In this document: positions 52,588-64,000 of the stretch, piece by piece | How positions within the stretch are numbered: the stretch's first letter is position 1 | Layout of the letters: the number at the start of each line of letters is the position of its first letter | Source of the DNA: Microthyrium microscopicum | Taxonomy: Eukaryota | Direction: 5' to 3' | Assembly (NCBI GenBank): GCA_010405405.1 | Contig: MU004237.1 | Location: 1,933,345-1,997,344, forward strand | DNA length: 64,000 bases | Notes under the pieces: model-generated | What the model was told of the DNA's origin: nothing | The model's database searches: none | What the model saw: the letters and a program-made list of their open reading frames with translations, nothing else | Program-made: the position numbers and the translations under genes

Positions 52588-53505
52588 ATGGCGGCGAAGG
52601 CAGGCGTAATTGTTCCCTTGTACATATACCCACTTGAAGGAGCTTGGGAGCCACTATATTCAGCGTAAGTGCATATACCCATGACCTGTCAAAACCTTAA
52701 CGCGATCGAGGCGTTTTAACTGACAGGTCCAAAAATATACAGAATATCAGCACACCCCAACGTCCAATTCACGATCATAGTCAATCCCCACGATGGCCCA
52801 GGAGCCGGACTGATGCCTGACGAGTACTACTCCGTCGAAATCCCAAAACTAAATGCTTTTCCCAATGTCCGGACCGTCGGCTACGTACGTGTAAACTACT
52901 GCACAAGAGATGTCACCGAAGTATGCAATGATGTCGCCAAATACGCAGGCTGGTCCAAAGATTTCGCCAACACAGGCCTAGGCGTCGAAGGAATATTTTT
53001 CGACGAGACGCCAAATAGCAATACCAGCCTCCCGCAGCTTGACAACGTGGCCTCGTATCTGCAGACTGTATCACGCTATGCCAAAGATTCAGAAGGCATT
53101 CTCGGTGACCGCTTGGTATGTACCTATATGCGGAAATCATTCCACATCCCATGCCACCAGCTAACGAACTCGTCTTAACAGATTATCCACAACCCAGGCA
53201 CGCCGCCAGATGTAGAAGTGGGCAATGCTGGCGCGGATGTAACGACGGTAGTTGAGGAGAGCTTCGCCTCATACGAGTCTCCAGCACTGCAAGAGTACTA
53301 TGCAGCTCGTTATGCGCTGCTGCCAGATTTTGACCGGGCCAAACGCGCGTATATGGTGCACTCGACGCCGGTGGAGTCGCTCAGCGATCTGGTGCTGCGG
53401 TTACGTGACAGTGGCGATTATCTGTTCATCACTGATTTGTGCGAGGACTACTATTGTAAATTTGGCCATAGCTGGCTTGAATTTGTGCGTGCTGTAGGTA
53501 GTTGA
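52588..53505 (+). CDS. Second spherulin-4-like (GH135) protein, no leader peptide
   Basis: MAAKAGVIVPLYIYP, IVNPHDGPG, VGYVRV, EGIFFDE, IIHNPGT, VVEES. Introns 52665-52743 and 53116-53181. Confidence 0.88.
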
Positions 53506-54519
53506 AAGGTTTGGAGCCAAAAATACGAAACAGATGACGCATTATTTCATAGCATGAAAAATCGTTTGGCTTGGTTCCGATATAGAGTAGCTGAGCGGAG
53601 GCGAGACAGGCGGTGTCGGTTTGTAAATAGTACCAAATGGGTGGTATGCGATCCACTGTGAGTGGGAAATGGAGTTCGACCGACAGGTAGTCTTTTGCAA
53701 ATGGTACAAATGCGCCATGCAGATGGGAAAAATGCAGATATTGGATGTCAATATTGAGGATCTGGGAGTATGCGGTCACTACATATCAGCAAGCGATGTT
53801 GAAGTTGCATACACTGAACTACGAAATGTGATTGCCAGCTACCCTCCCCCCTTTATACATGTTTTCTGGAGATATTAACCAATCAATAGCGTAATAAAGC
53901 GTGCTTTAGAGTAATTCTGGGACCAAAAAGAGGCTAGCACTATTTGTCCCAACATTTACGAACATCCTATCTACATGATTGGCTAACGCCGCTGGATAAA
54001 TCCAGGAAAGACTATGAGGGGGAGAGGGTCGCTGGCAATCACATTTCGTAGTTGGGTGTAAAATCAGATGTTGCAGCACCTAGCCGCATATTGGCACATA
54101 TAAAATGGATTTCTATTCAAGGATTAGAGTAGGTATGTAGTTCCTTTTGAAGGAATAATGCAGACCGACTTTCTAGGGAAAGTACATCATTAACCTATAT
54201 TTGGGGCTGCCTGTGTTCTAAGGTTGGCAAACTAGTTAGTAGCAAAACTAGTCTAGTCTAGTAAACTAGTCGCGTGACTAGTATAGTATTATACTATACT
54301 AGTTACGTAACTAGTATAGTATAGTACTAGTTTAGAAAAATTTAATAACTAGTTAGTACTAGTATAAAATATTAAACTAGTTAACTAGTATAGTATAATA
54401 GTAGTATACTAGTTCTACTAGTTTAATACTAGCCAAGCCTTTTATATTTAAACTAAATAATATATTATTTAATAGCTCTATATCTCTAGAATCTAAATCT
54501 AGTCTTATAATTTTAATAA

Positions 54520-55470
54520 TATTAGTAGTTATAGAGTTATAGATAATATAATATATAGATTTTAATAAAATATATAAGTATATATATTTACTTTTATTAT
54601 TAATAAATAATATAATAATATACTTCTTTAGTTCTAAGTTATAGTATTATAGTATAGTTTAGTAGCTCTATAACGTAGTATAGGTTTAATATCTTATTTC
54701 TATTTAGTTATTATAATATAAAATAGCTTATAAAGTTAGTACTTTTTAAAATATAAATAAATATAGAAGAAGATAAGATATATACTAGATGTTACTATTA
54801 TACTAACTACTATAGAATACTCTATATATATTTATTAAATAGATATATTAATAATATATAATTTATTAATAAGATTAAAATAAAAATATAAGAAAATAAA
54901 TATATAAAGATTAAATTTAATATATATTATAATATCTAGTATTTAATAGTACGTTTAAAAGATTTAGATAAATATTATATAGTATTATAATGTTATTAAG
55001 TAGGTCTATAACGTTATATAGGTTTTAACTCTTATTTATATTTAGTTTCTATAATATAAAATAATATATAGAAAACTACTTTATAAAATATAATATTATC
55101 TAGTAGAAAATAAGATATATAATAGGTATTACTATAATACTACTTATTAGGAAATACTTTAGAGATTCTAATTATATAAATATATTAATATTATATAATC
55201 TACTAATAATATTTTAATAAAAATATAAAAGAATAAATATATAATAAATAAATTTAATATCTTTTATTATAACTATAATAAAAAAGTAGTCTTTATAGTT
55301 TTTTATAAGATTTAAATATTATTATAACGCTTAAGAGTAGCTCTATAACCTTATATAGGTTTAAAGTCTTATTTATATCTAATTTCTATATAATAAAATA
55401 ATATATAAAAAAGTTACTTTTATAAATATATTAAGATCTAGAAAGAGATAAGATATATATTATATATAGT
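54520..55470. repeat. Diverged tandem repeat, period about 337 bp, about 3 copies
   Basis: The block TAG(C/G)TCTATAAC..TATAGGTTT..TCTTATTT recurs near 54663, 55001 and 55338. Confidence 0.75.
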
Positions 55471-55489
55471 TATTATAAGAAAAAATAGC

Positions 55490-55717
55490 TGTGAGGATTC
55501 CTCGCCAAAGCATAATAGCTTTAGTGTTGAGCTAGATCTTTATAAAGATCTAGCGGCGTTAGTCCCAATTGGGGCTAGCGTCTTTAAGGATTTACTAAGC
55601 ATTACCCTTTTCTTCCCTTAGCGTAGATTCTACTCTACCTCTCTCTCTCTCTTTATATACTAGATCGTTAAATATTATCTACCCTTTACTTAATTACGTA
55701 CCCATTAGATCCTTATA
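55490..55717 (+). repeat. 5' LTR of element 2
   Basis: Direct repeat of 63036-63263 with mainly transition differences. Confidence 0.93.
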
Positions 55718-58700
55718 TAATCTAGCATACCTATTAAACTAAAAAATTAACTTTAAAATTATTTGCGTATTTATCCTTAGGGATTAGCGCTCTTAGATTT
55801 TAAGACCTATACTTAAGAGATAGCTTACGCGCGTTCTTACTTATAGACTTCTTAATATAGTTAGGTAGCATATTTTTACTACCTTCTAAAACACTAATTA
55901 ATTATCTTTAATAAAGTATTTAATATAAATACCTAAATCTTATAGTAGTCTAAGCTCTTAGAACCCCTCTACTTAGCTATATAGAACCTTCGCCCTTCTG
56001 TCTCTCTCTATACTACTAACCTATATTCTAATTATCCTTAATCTATTAATCTATTTATCTTAGGTAATTAAGAAATTATCTAATTATTATTACTCGTCAT
56101 TACCCCTATATAGCTACCTATTAATAAAACCATAGACCCTCTTAAAGAGTTTCTTCCCTTAGCGCCTCTAGGCCTTAATGTAACTACTTGCTCTTAATCG
56201 TAGTTTGTGTCTCCTTAATGCTAAGACGAAATAGTTCTAGGCCCTTCTTAGAGCCACTATATGTTAGTTATTAGCCGCTATTAGGATTAAGATCCTAAGG
56301 GCCTATTTATAAAGAAAGTAGTAGTAGATACGTAGGACTCTACGTAAGCTACTATTTAGACCTCTTAGTAAGAAAAGAGTAAACGCTAACTATCTTATAC
56401 TAATTCTAATAAAGATAATAACCTCTTACTCTCTAATCTATCTACTTATAGTTAGGTAAACTAGAAGCTAATCCTATTACCTATTTAGCGTATACTTAGT
56501 AGTAAACTCTTATAACTAATTAAAACCATAACGTTTACTACGCCCTTAGTAGAACTAGTCACTCTAGTAATACTTTTAGCTTTCTGTAAAAATATATAAG
56601 AAGTAAAAGAAGGAAAGGTATTTAAAAGAATCTATTCTACTATATTAATCTAGCTATAGGAAATATAGCTCTAAAACGATAGTCGTAAGGAGGTCCCTCT
56701 AGCTTTCTAAAATAACTACCTAATAGTTAATAATATAGTACGTATCGTGTTCTTCTAAGTCTTCTAAGGCCTTCTCTAAATATAAGCCTACGAAGATCTA
56801 AAAGTAGCTATACTAGAAGGTTCTTTAAACTTGTTACTACTATTCCGTCGTTAAGAACCTAATCCTACTACTAAAGTGTTTAAAGATTACTATCTAATTC
56901 GCAATACTTAAGAGCTAAAGCGGGAAGTTATATAGAAAGATCCTTAACTCTTATTTAATTAGATTTACGCTACCTTAGCTATAAACTAAGCTATAGTAGT
57001 ACGCTACTAATTTTACTATAATAAATTATGAAAGAGCAACATCCAAAATGCTAAGTCCTTAGAGGAGATCTAAGATCTTACGAATAAGGTAGACGACCTA
57101 AAAAGCTCTATAGTTAACTATAAGGTAGAAGTAGACAAGCTCTTCTTAGAAATTAAAGAACTTTAGATTAGTATAATTAATTACTATAAACTTATCTCTA
57201 ATTATTATTAACTATAGTACGATATCTAGGTAATAGAAAACTATATTACTTTTATAGAAGTAGAGTTAGTATATTATATAAAATAACTCTAAGAATACTA
57301 TAAGTAGATATAACTTTAGAATACTACTATTACGAACCTTAATACTAAAAACGAATCTCTTACTTAACGTCTTTATACTATAAAATAGTAAATATAAGAT
57401 CTTCTAACCTTTATAAAACCTTATAATATACTAGCTTTTATACGCCTAGGAGATAAAGAAGACGCTAAATTACTTAGTAATATACTATATTAACCTATAA
57501 TTACTTAACCTAACCTAGTATAAATACGTTTCGTATTACCTTTCTTAAGAGTAGGGTCTAACCCTTTAAATAATACTACTCTATATATTAGTCAACCTCG
57601 TTGTATAGTTAAATAGTATAATGGCAAGGATAAAAGTAAATACTATTAATAAAAGGATTAGGTATTAAACATTCTAGAAGAAGATACTTAGTTTTACTTA
57701 ACTAATAAGAAGAAGATTTAGTTTATCTATAATAACCTAAATAATCTAGTATAGTCTTTAATATTACGTCGCTTAGGCTATAACTCTATAAGCCCTTACC
57801 TTACTATTAATAATATATAGAAGGACCTAGATGCTTATAATAAAGTAATAAATAGATATAATATTGCGAAGTAATAGCTCTATTTAGCAGACGCTAAGAT
57901 AAAAACTATAAAAGACCTAATAGAATTCTTAAGCTACTTTTTAGAAAAAACTAAAGACGTAGACCTAAAAGATTATAATAAAGTCACTAAACTACGCTCA
58001 CTTCTCCTAGGATAGTTTATCCACCCTCTAATAAGACATAATATTAAGACCTATCTAGAACTCTATACGTATCTATATAATATAGAACAAGACTTAAACT
58101 TCCTAAAATAGAATAATAATAATAATTCTAATGCTAATAACTCTAATAGCAATAGTACTAATAATAATAACTTAACTAACAATTTAGGGAACTAGAATAG
58201 AGGCGCCTATAATAATAATAATTAGAATAGTAGTAAGCGTCTACGCCGCCCTAATAATATCTTTCTAGCTTTATAAGCATAGAATAGGTACCCTAAATAT
58301 AGTAAGAAGAGTTATACCTTAGAATAGAAGGATGCTCCTTATAGACAAAAGGCTTACTTAATAGATAACGAAATTTAACTAAAGGTTTCTACTATGCTTA
58401 TAGCTATAGCAAACGCTTTATAGGTAGAGATACTTAACGCGTACTCTCGTAAGTATTTAAACTAAATGCTCTACTTTATCAACGCAAGGAAGAGCTAAAC
58501 CTATAAGAAGCGCATAATTAGTAAAAGAAGCAAGAGTTAGGCTAGATTCAAGATAGGATTTAGGAGCTAGAAACCTAGTAGGCAAATCTAAACCTACTAT
58601 TAGAGGCATACTACGTTATTTAACTATCTATAGTAGCAATTAATCTAGGATAGCTACTACCAAATAACGTTAACTACGTACCTTTTATAGGACTATAATA

Positions 58701-61700
58701 AATAATAGTTAAAGGTATACTAATTCTAGAGGCTAACGCCTTTAAAAAGTATAACGTACTAATTAACACTAGTAGTAGCATACTTAAAATCATCTATACT
58801 TACTTTATTAAATAGTATAATATACTAAAAATATAACTTAATTAACTACGTTTAGTAGAGCTTGCGAATAGGAAGACTATCGTTAAAATTAATAAAGCCA
58901 CACTAGTTACCGTACGCATTAAGAGTTATATTAAATAAATATACTATTTCGTTATAAAAGCAGCTACTTATAATCTTATTCTTAGCAACCCTTAGATCTA
59001 ACTTTATAAGGTCTACTTAAGAGGAAGTAAGAAGACTATTACGTTTAACTCTTATTATTACCTTTATAACTATATTCTAATATAGCGCCTTATTAAAGTT
59101 AATACTTAGGATTAATATAATTTCGTTACAAAACTTCTAGAGGATAAAGAAGTAGTAGCTATATCTATATGCGTTATAGTAATATTAGTAAAGTAATAAG
59201 GATAGAAAGTAGAAGTTCTCTATTCTAAGGACTTCGCTAAGCCTAAAGAAAAGAAGCCGCTAGATAACCCTTTACTAAAGAACCCTTTAATAGAAGAATT
59301 AGAACTATTTAACCTCTTAGGAATATTAGACCTAATCTTCTTTATAGATAACGTAGCGATTAACCTATCTACTATCTTAGAATACGACTTTAAGAAGTAG
59401 TAAGAGAAGTACAAACGACCTTATCTTACTTATAAAGAACTCTATAAGATAATCCTAAAGAAATTTTACTACTATCTTAAGGTCTTTAATCTATAGAAAG
59501 TAGATAAATTACTACCCTACCGCCTAGGATTTAATTATTCTATTAATTTAATTCTAGACGCTATAATACTAAAACGACGTAGCACTAGTATAAACCTAAA
59601 GCAGAATATCGTTATTAAATAGTATCTAGAGGGTCTGTTAGGAAAGGGTTTTGCATACCTATTAAAGTTATATTTTATAGTACTAATACTATGCGCGTAT
59701 AAACCTAATAGTAATATTTAAGTTTGTATTAATTATTAAGGCCTTAATAAGATCTCTTATAAGAATAAGAATATACTACTATTGCTTCTTAATACTTTAG
59801 TAAAGCTATGTTAAGCACGGTACTATAGCAAATTTAATGTTATTATAGCCTACGAGCGGATATAGATTAAACCTAGGGATAAGCATAAGATAGCCTTCTC
59901 TATACGATATAGTCTCTATAAGTTTATTATTATACCCTTTAGGTTAATAGGCGCTCTAGGCACCTTTTAAGCATACGTTAACTATATCCTAATAAAATAT
60001 CTTAACGACTTTACTATAGTCTATATAGATAATATTCTTATTTTTAGCAAGATATACGAAGAATATATAACTTATATGCACTTAGTACTTAATAAGCTAA
60101 AGAAAGCTAGTCTATATTTTAATATCTGCAAATTAGAGTTTACTACTATAGAAGTAAAATATTTAGGGCTAATTATTACTACGGAAAGTATTAAGATAGA
60201 CTTAGCGAAGATAGAATTAGTATTAGAATAGAAACGACCATTATGTGTAAAAGACGTCTAGGCCTTCCTTAGTTTTACTAACTTCTATTGTCATTTTATA
60301 TAAGGATACTTAGAAATCGCTATACCTCTTATAGCTTTAATAAAGAAGGACGTAGTAACTATCTTCCTATAGAATGTTAGAGGTCCTAAGGACTAGGCGT
60401 TTAGTAAACTAAAAAAGGCGTTTATAATAGCGCCTATTTTAAAACACTTTAACTATACTAAGGAGACTTAGCTTAAAACTAACGCGTTAGACTAGGTATA
60501 TGTAGGGGTATTATCTTAAAAGAATAATAATAAAGATCTATATCTTATAGCGTTCCTATTAAAGAAGATGTCTCTAGCTAAGTATAATTACGACATTTAC
60601 GATAAAGAGCTTCTTATAATTATGTACGCTTTTAAGAAATAGGAACTAGAGTTATTCTTTACTAACGATCTTATTAAGGTATTCTCTAACTATTAAAATC
60701 TATAGACGTTTATAACTACTAAGAAGCTCTCACGCTATTAAGTACGCTAAGTAGAGTTTCTATCGTAGTTCTACTTTAAGATCGTATATTATCTTAGACT
60801 AGCTAATAAAAAAGCAGACGTGCTAACTTAGTGCTCTTAAGATCTTCTCTAAAGTAATAACAATCTATATATTTAGTACTAAGTATGCCCTCTACTTTTT
60901 CCTTACTAGTTTAATACTACGTATGCAATTAAGATAGTATGTTTGCTAGTTAAACCTATTACGTTGTCTCTTATATAGATTACTGCTATTATTGCAGATA
61001 AGTTAGATTTCCCTATTAGAGCAAAAGAGTCGTTAGAGGACCTTATAATAATAGACTTTAGTAATAAGGACTAGCTTAAGAACGTACCTAAGAGCAACTT
61101 CTTAGAGCTTAATAAATTCCTAGATTTTAACGTCAATTAGTTTCTAATAGAGATAATAGAAGTAGGTAAAGACGATGCGTTGCTAAATGCTATTCGCTAT
61201 ACTAAGTAAGAAGGATTATTATATCTCCTCTTTAGCATTCTAGAATAATAGGACATTAAGCTTAGCAATTATATAATCTTAGTAGAGGGCCTAGTCCTTT
61301 ATTACTAACGTATTCTAATACCTAAAGGCAAACTTCGTTATTACGCTATAACATATGCCTACTACTATAAAGTTATAGGCTATAGAGGCTTAGCGACTAC
61401 TTATTACTAGCTCTAGCAAGATTACTAGTAGCTATATATATTATAGGACGTAAAGAAGTACGTCTTAAAATATAAATATGTCTTTGCTAAACTAATCCGC
61501 TAGAAGAAGCAAGGACTTCTTTAGTCCTTCCCTCTACTAAAACGAGCGTGGTTAGATATCTTAATCAACTTTGCTATCTCTCTATTCTAGTGTACCTATT
61601 TAGGTATTACTTTTCATTACGTTATAGTTATTATAGACTAATATACTTACTAACGACGCTTCGTCCCTCTATCTAATCTCTCTATTAAGATAATAGTTCT

Positions 61701-63035
61701 CGCATTTATTAATTAAGTCTAGAAGTTAACTAGATAGCTAAGCACGATCCTATTAGATAGAGGGTTACAGTTCACTTTGGCGTTTTAGAAACGATTATGC
61801 GATTATGTAGGCATAGTGCTATAGCTAAGTACTATATAGCACCTATAGACTAATAGGATTATAGAGATCTCGATATTAGCACTTAAGTAATATCTTCACG
61901 CTTTTATTAACTAGGATTAGGATAATTAGGTCTAGTTACTACTATTTACAGAATTTGCTATCAACTCTGCTATTAGTATAACAATAGGCTTTGCTTCCTT
62001 TAAGATCTAATATAGCTTCTTCCCTAAATCTAGACTTAAATTAGCTCGCTAAGCACTAGCACTATACTAATACTCCTCCTCTTTAGCTTAATAAGAATAG
62101 AAAGACGCTAATAAGATATAGGAAGGCCGTAAAGATATATATAATTATCTTATAGAATAGCTAATGTAGGCATAAGTACAATAAGCTAAATAAGCTAATA
62201 AGTACCAACGTATAGTACTAGATCTTTAACCTAGAGACTAGGTACGTCTAAATATTTAAAACTATTATACGACACGCGTGTCTAAAACCCTTAATAGTAA
62301 AAGCGTAGGGCCTTTCTACATCCTAAAGAAGCTTAACGCCGTTATATTTAAACTTAACTTGCTAAAGTATATAAAGATGTACCCTATGTTTTACGTTTAG
62401 CTACTATATGCTATTATAGACGATATAGAGCTTCTACGTTAGTATAACCCTCTACTAGTAGTAGTAGGTAAAGCACTAGAAGAAAAAGAATAGCAAGTTA
62501 ATAAGATCCTTAATAGCTACTATAAAAAGAGCACCCGCAAGAAGTTAGAATACTTTGTAAAATAGATAGGTTACGATACGCCTTTATAGCAGCTATAGGA
62601 AGACCTTAAAAACGTAGTAAACCTAATCTACGACTTCTATAAACATAATCCTACAAAGCTTAGCCCTAACCCTAAGTAGTCACTATCTGTTATTAGATCT
62701 AATACATCCAACTCTACTAACTATAATAGCAATGGTTTACTAGATAACTAGTTAGAGGAATAAAAGTATTTATTTATTTATAGTATACTGCCATTGGCGC
62801 CTTATTAGCGCTATGAACTAGAGTATTTTAAGGACATCTAGGTTCGTCAATGCCTAGATAGTTGCCTTAGTAGGCTAGAGGATAGTAGAATAGCAAAAGG
62901 ATGCAAATAGTACTTTGTTAGATATAGAGCGGATTAGATTAGACTAGACTAGATTAGATTAGCCTAGCCTAGCCTAGAATAGGATAGCATAGGTTAGAAC
63001 GTAGCTTAGAGCGCTAGTTTTGGAGGGGGGAGTAA

Positions 63036-63263
63036 TGTAAGGATTCCTTACTAAAGCATAATGGCTTTAGTGTTGAGCTAGATCTTTATAAAGATCTAGC
63101 GGTGCTAGTCCTGATTAGGGCTAGCGTCTCTAAGGATTTACTAAGTATTACCCTCTTCTTCCCTTAGCGTAGATTCTACTCTACCTCTCTCTCTCCCTTC
63201 GTACGCTAGATTATTAAATATTATCTACCCTTTGCTTAATTACGTGCCTATTGGATCCTCACA
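63036..63263 (+). repeat. 3' LTR of element 2
   Basis: TGTAAGGATT...GATCCTCACA, followed by TSD ATAGC. Confidence 0.93.
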
Positions 63264-64000
63264 ATAGCTTTATTTTATAGGCAAAAGAATAATTAATTAC
63301 ATAAGTATTAGAATTCTAAAAACAAATTATAAAAAGAAAATAACTAAAATTTTAACTAAGATATAAACTAATTATCTTCTAAAGCTATATCTAGCTCTTT
63401 ATCCTTAATATAAGTCAAATTAGAGGAATTACTAGGAGTAGGGCTAGAAGTAGCTAAATTTAGCGCTTTAAGCTTTTTTATTTTCTATATTAAATTAGTA
63501 TATAAAAGTAATATTATTAATAAAAACTAACTTTCTAAAAGCCTTATTTAAGCTCTTTTTCTACTCATTGTTCTTCCTTAATCTTCTTATAAGTTTCTAG
63601 TAGCTATTAGTATCTAATTTGACGTAACTTAGTAGAAGCTTCTTATAATTTAATAAAGTATTTTAGGTTAAATTTATAGGTTTTTTAAACCTAATCTTTG
63701 CTACTATAAAAGGTTAGTATAAGTTAGAAATAAAAGAACGAATATAACTTACTTAAAAGCTATTTTGTTAGTTTTAAAAGTAGTTTTAGTCTAATCTACT
63801 TATAATCCTTTCTAATTAATTACTAAATTTAGTATAGTTAATAATTTAGTTTTATATCTACGTAACGACTAAATAGTAATAGGCCTATATATAATAGGAA
63901 TAGTAGTTTCCTTACTATTATATAAAAACATAGCTTTATAGTCTACTTCCTTAATTTCTAAGATAAAGTAAACTATAAAAGATTTAATATTTCTACTTTC

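Larger units (their letters stand above)
55490..63263 (+). mobile_element. Full-length Ty3/gypsy chromovirus LTR retrotransposon, RIP-inactivated (7774 bp)
   Basis: 228-bp LTRs at 55490-55717 and 63036-63263 (TG...CA retained on the outer ends); TSD ATAGC at 55485-55489 and 63264-63268; PPT GGAGGGGGGAG before the 3' LTR. De-RIPed VCIDYRGLN ~59722, VYMDDIL ~60019, LETDASD ~60472, DRGSQFT ~61756, HPQTDG ~61840, chromodomain YFVKWIGY ~62551. Confidence 0.95.
54230..64000. repeat. AT-rich RIP-degraded block running off the window end
   Basis: TpA excess and very low GC; contains a tandem array and LTR element 2. Confidence 0.95.

Noticed and set aside
54660..55380. Possible RIPed tRNA T-arm (GGTTT(A/T)A) in the tandem repeat
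   Set aside because: Stem and loop spacing do not fit a T-arm and no cloverleaf can be built.
59220..59414. 64-aa minus-strand ORF
   Set aside because: Antisense chance frame inside RIPed pol of element 2.
62932..62995. Pentamer run (GATTA/GACTA/GCCTA)n
   Set aside because: Simple repeat in the retrotransposon 3' UTR; no spacer structure, not CRISPR-like or telomeric.
1..64000. Starship giant transposon
   Set aside because: No DUF3435 tyrosine recombinase seen, and core genes (RAD51, NUP120) indicate ordinary chromosome.

Overview
Eukaryotic window from a filamentous ascomycete (Pezizomycotina; GT-AG introns with CTAAC/CTGAC branch sites, strong RIP). Species not determined. Gene-dense DNA alternates with two AT-rich RIP-degraded blocks (about 21.0-33.0 kb and 54.2-64.0 kb). 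Sixteen genes are supported: a secreted ferritin-like protein; a compact Zn2Cys6 TF / AtuA(DUF1446) / SDR / EthD cluster; a conserved membrane-anchored protein; an AT-hook protein; a Baeyer-Villiger-type flavin monooxygenase; RAD51; Nup120/160; a hypothetical protein; a HET-domain protein; a Uge3-like epimerase plus two spherulin-4 (GH135) genes; and one RIP-destroyed gene or element ORF. Each RIP block holds a full-length Ty3/gypsy chromovirus with identifiable LTR pair and 5-bp TSD. Best leads: (1) the AT-hook protein ends in a motif resembling the RAD51-binding tail of vertebrate RAD51AP1/AP2, lies near RAD51 and shares an MCB box with it; (2) an atuA/atuB-like catabolic cluster whose bidirectional promoter contains a long inverted-repeat element placing identical GATA+CCAAT cassettes toward both genes; (3) a galactosaminogalactan-type locus with a second, leaderless GH135; (4) an apparent antisense accessory ORF in one retrotransposon. 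Family assignments come from motif recognition by eye; no searches were run.
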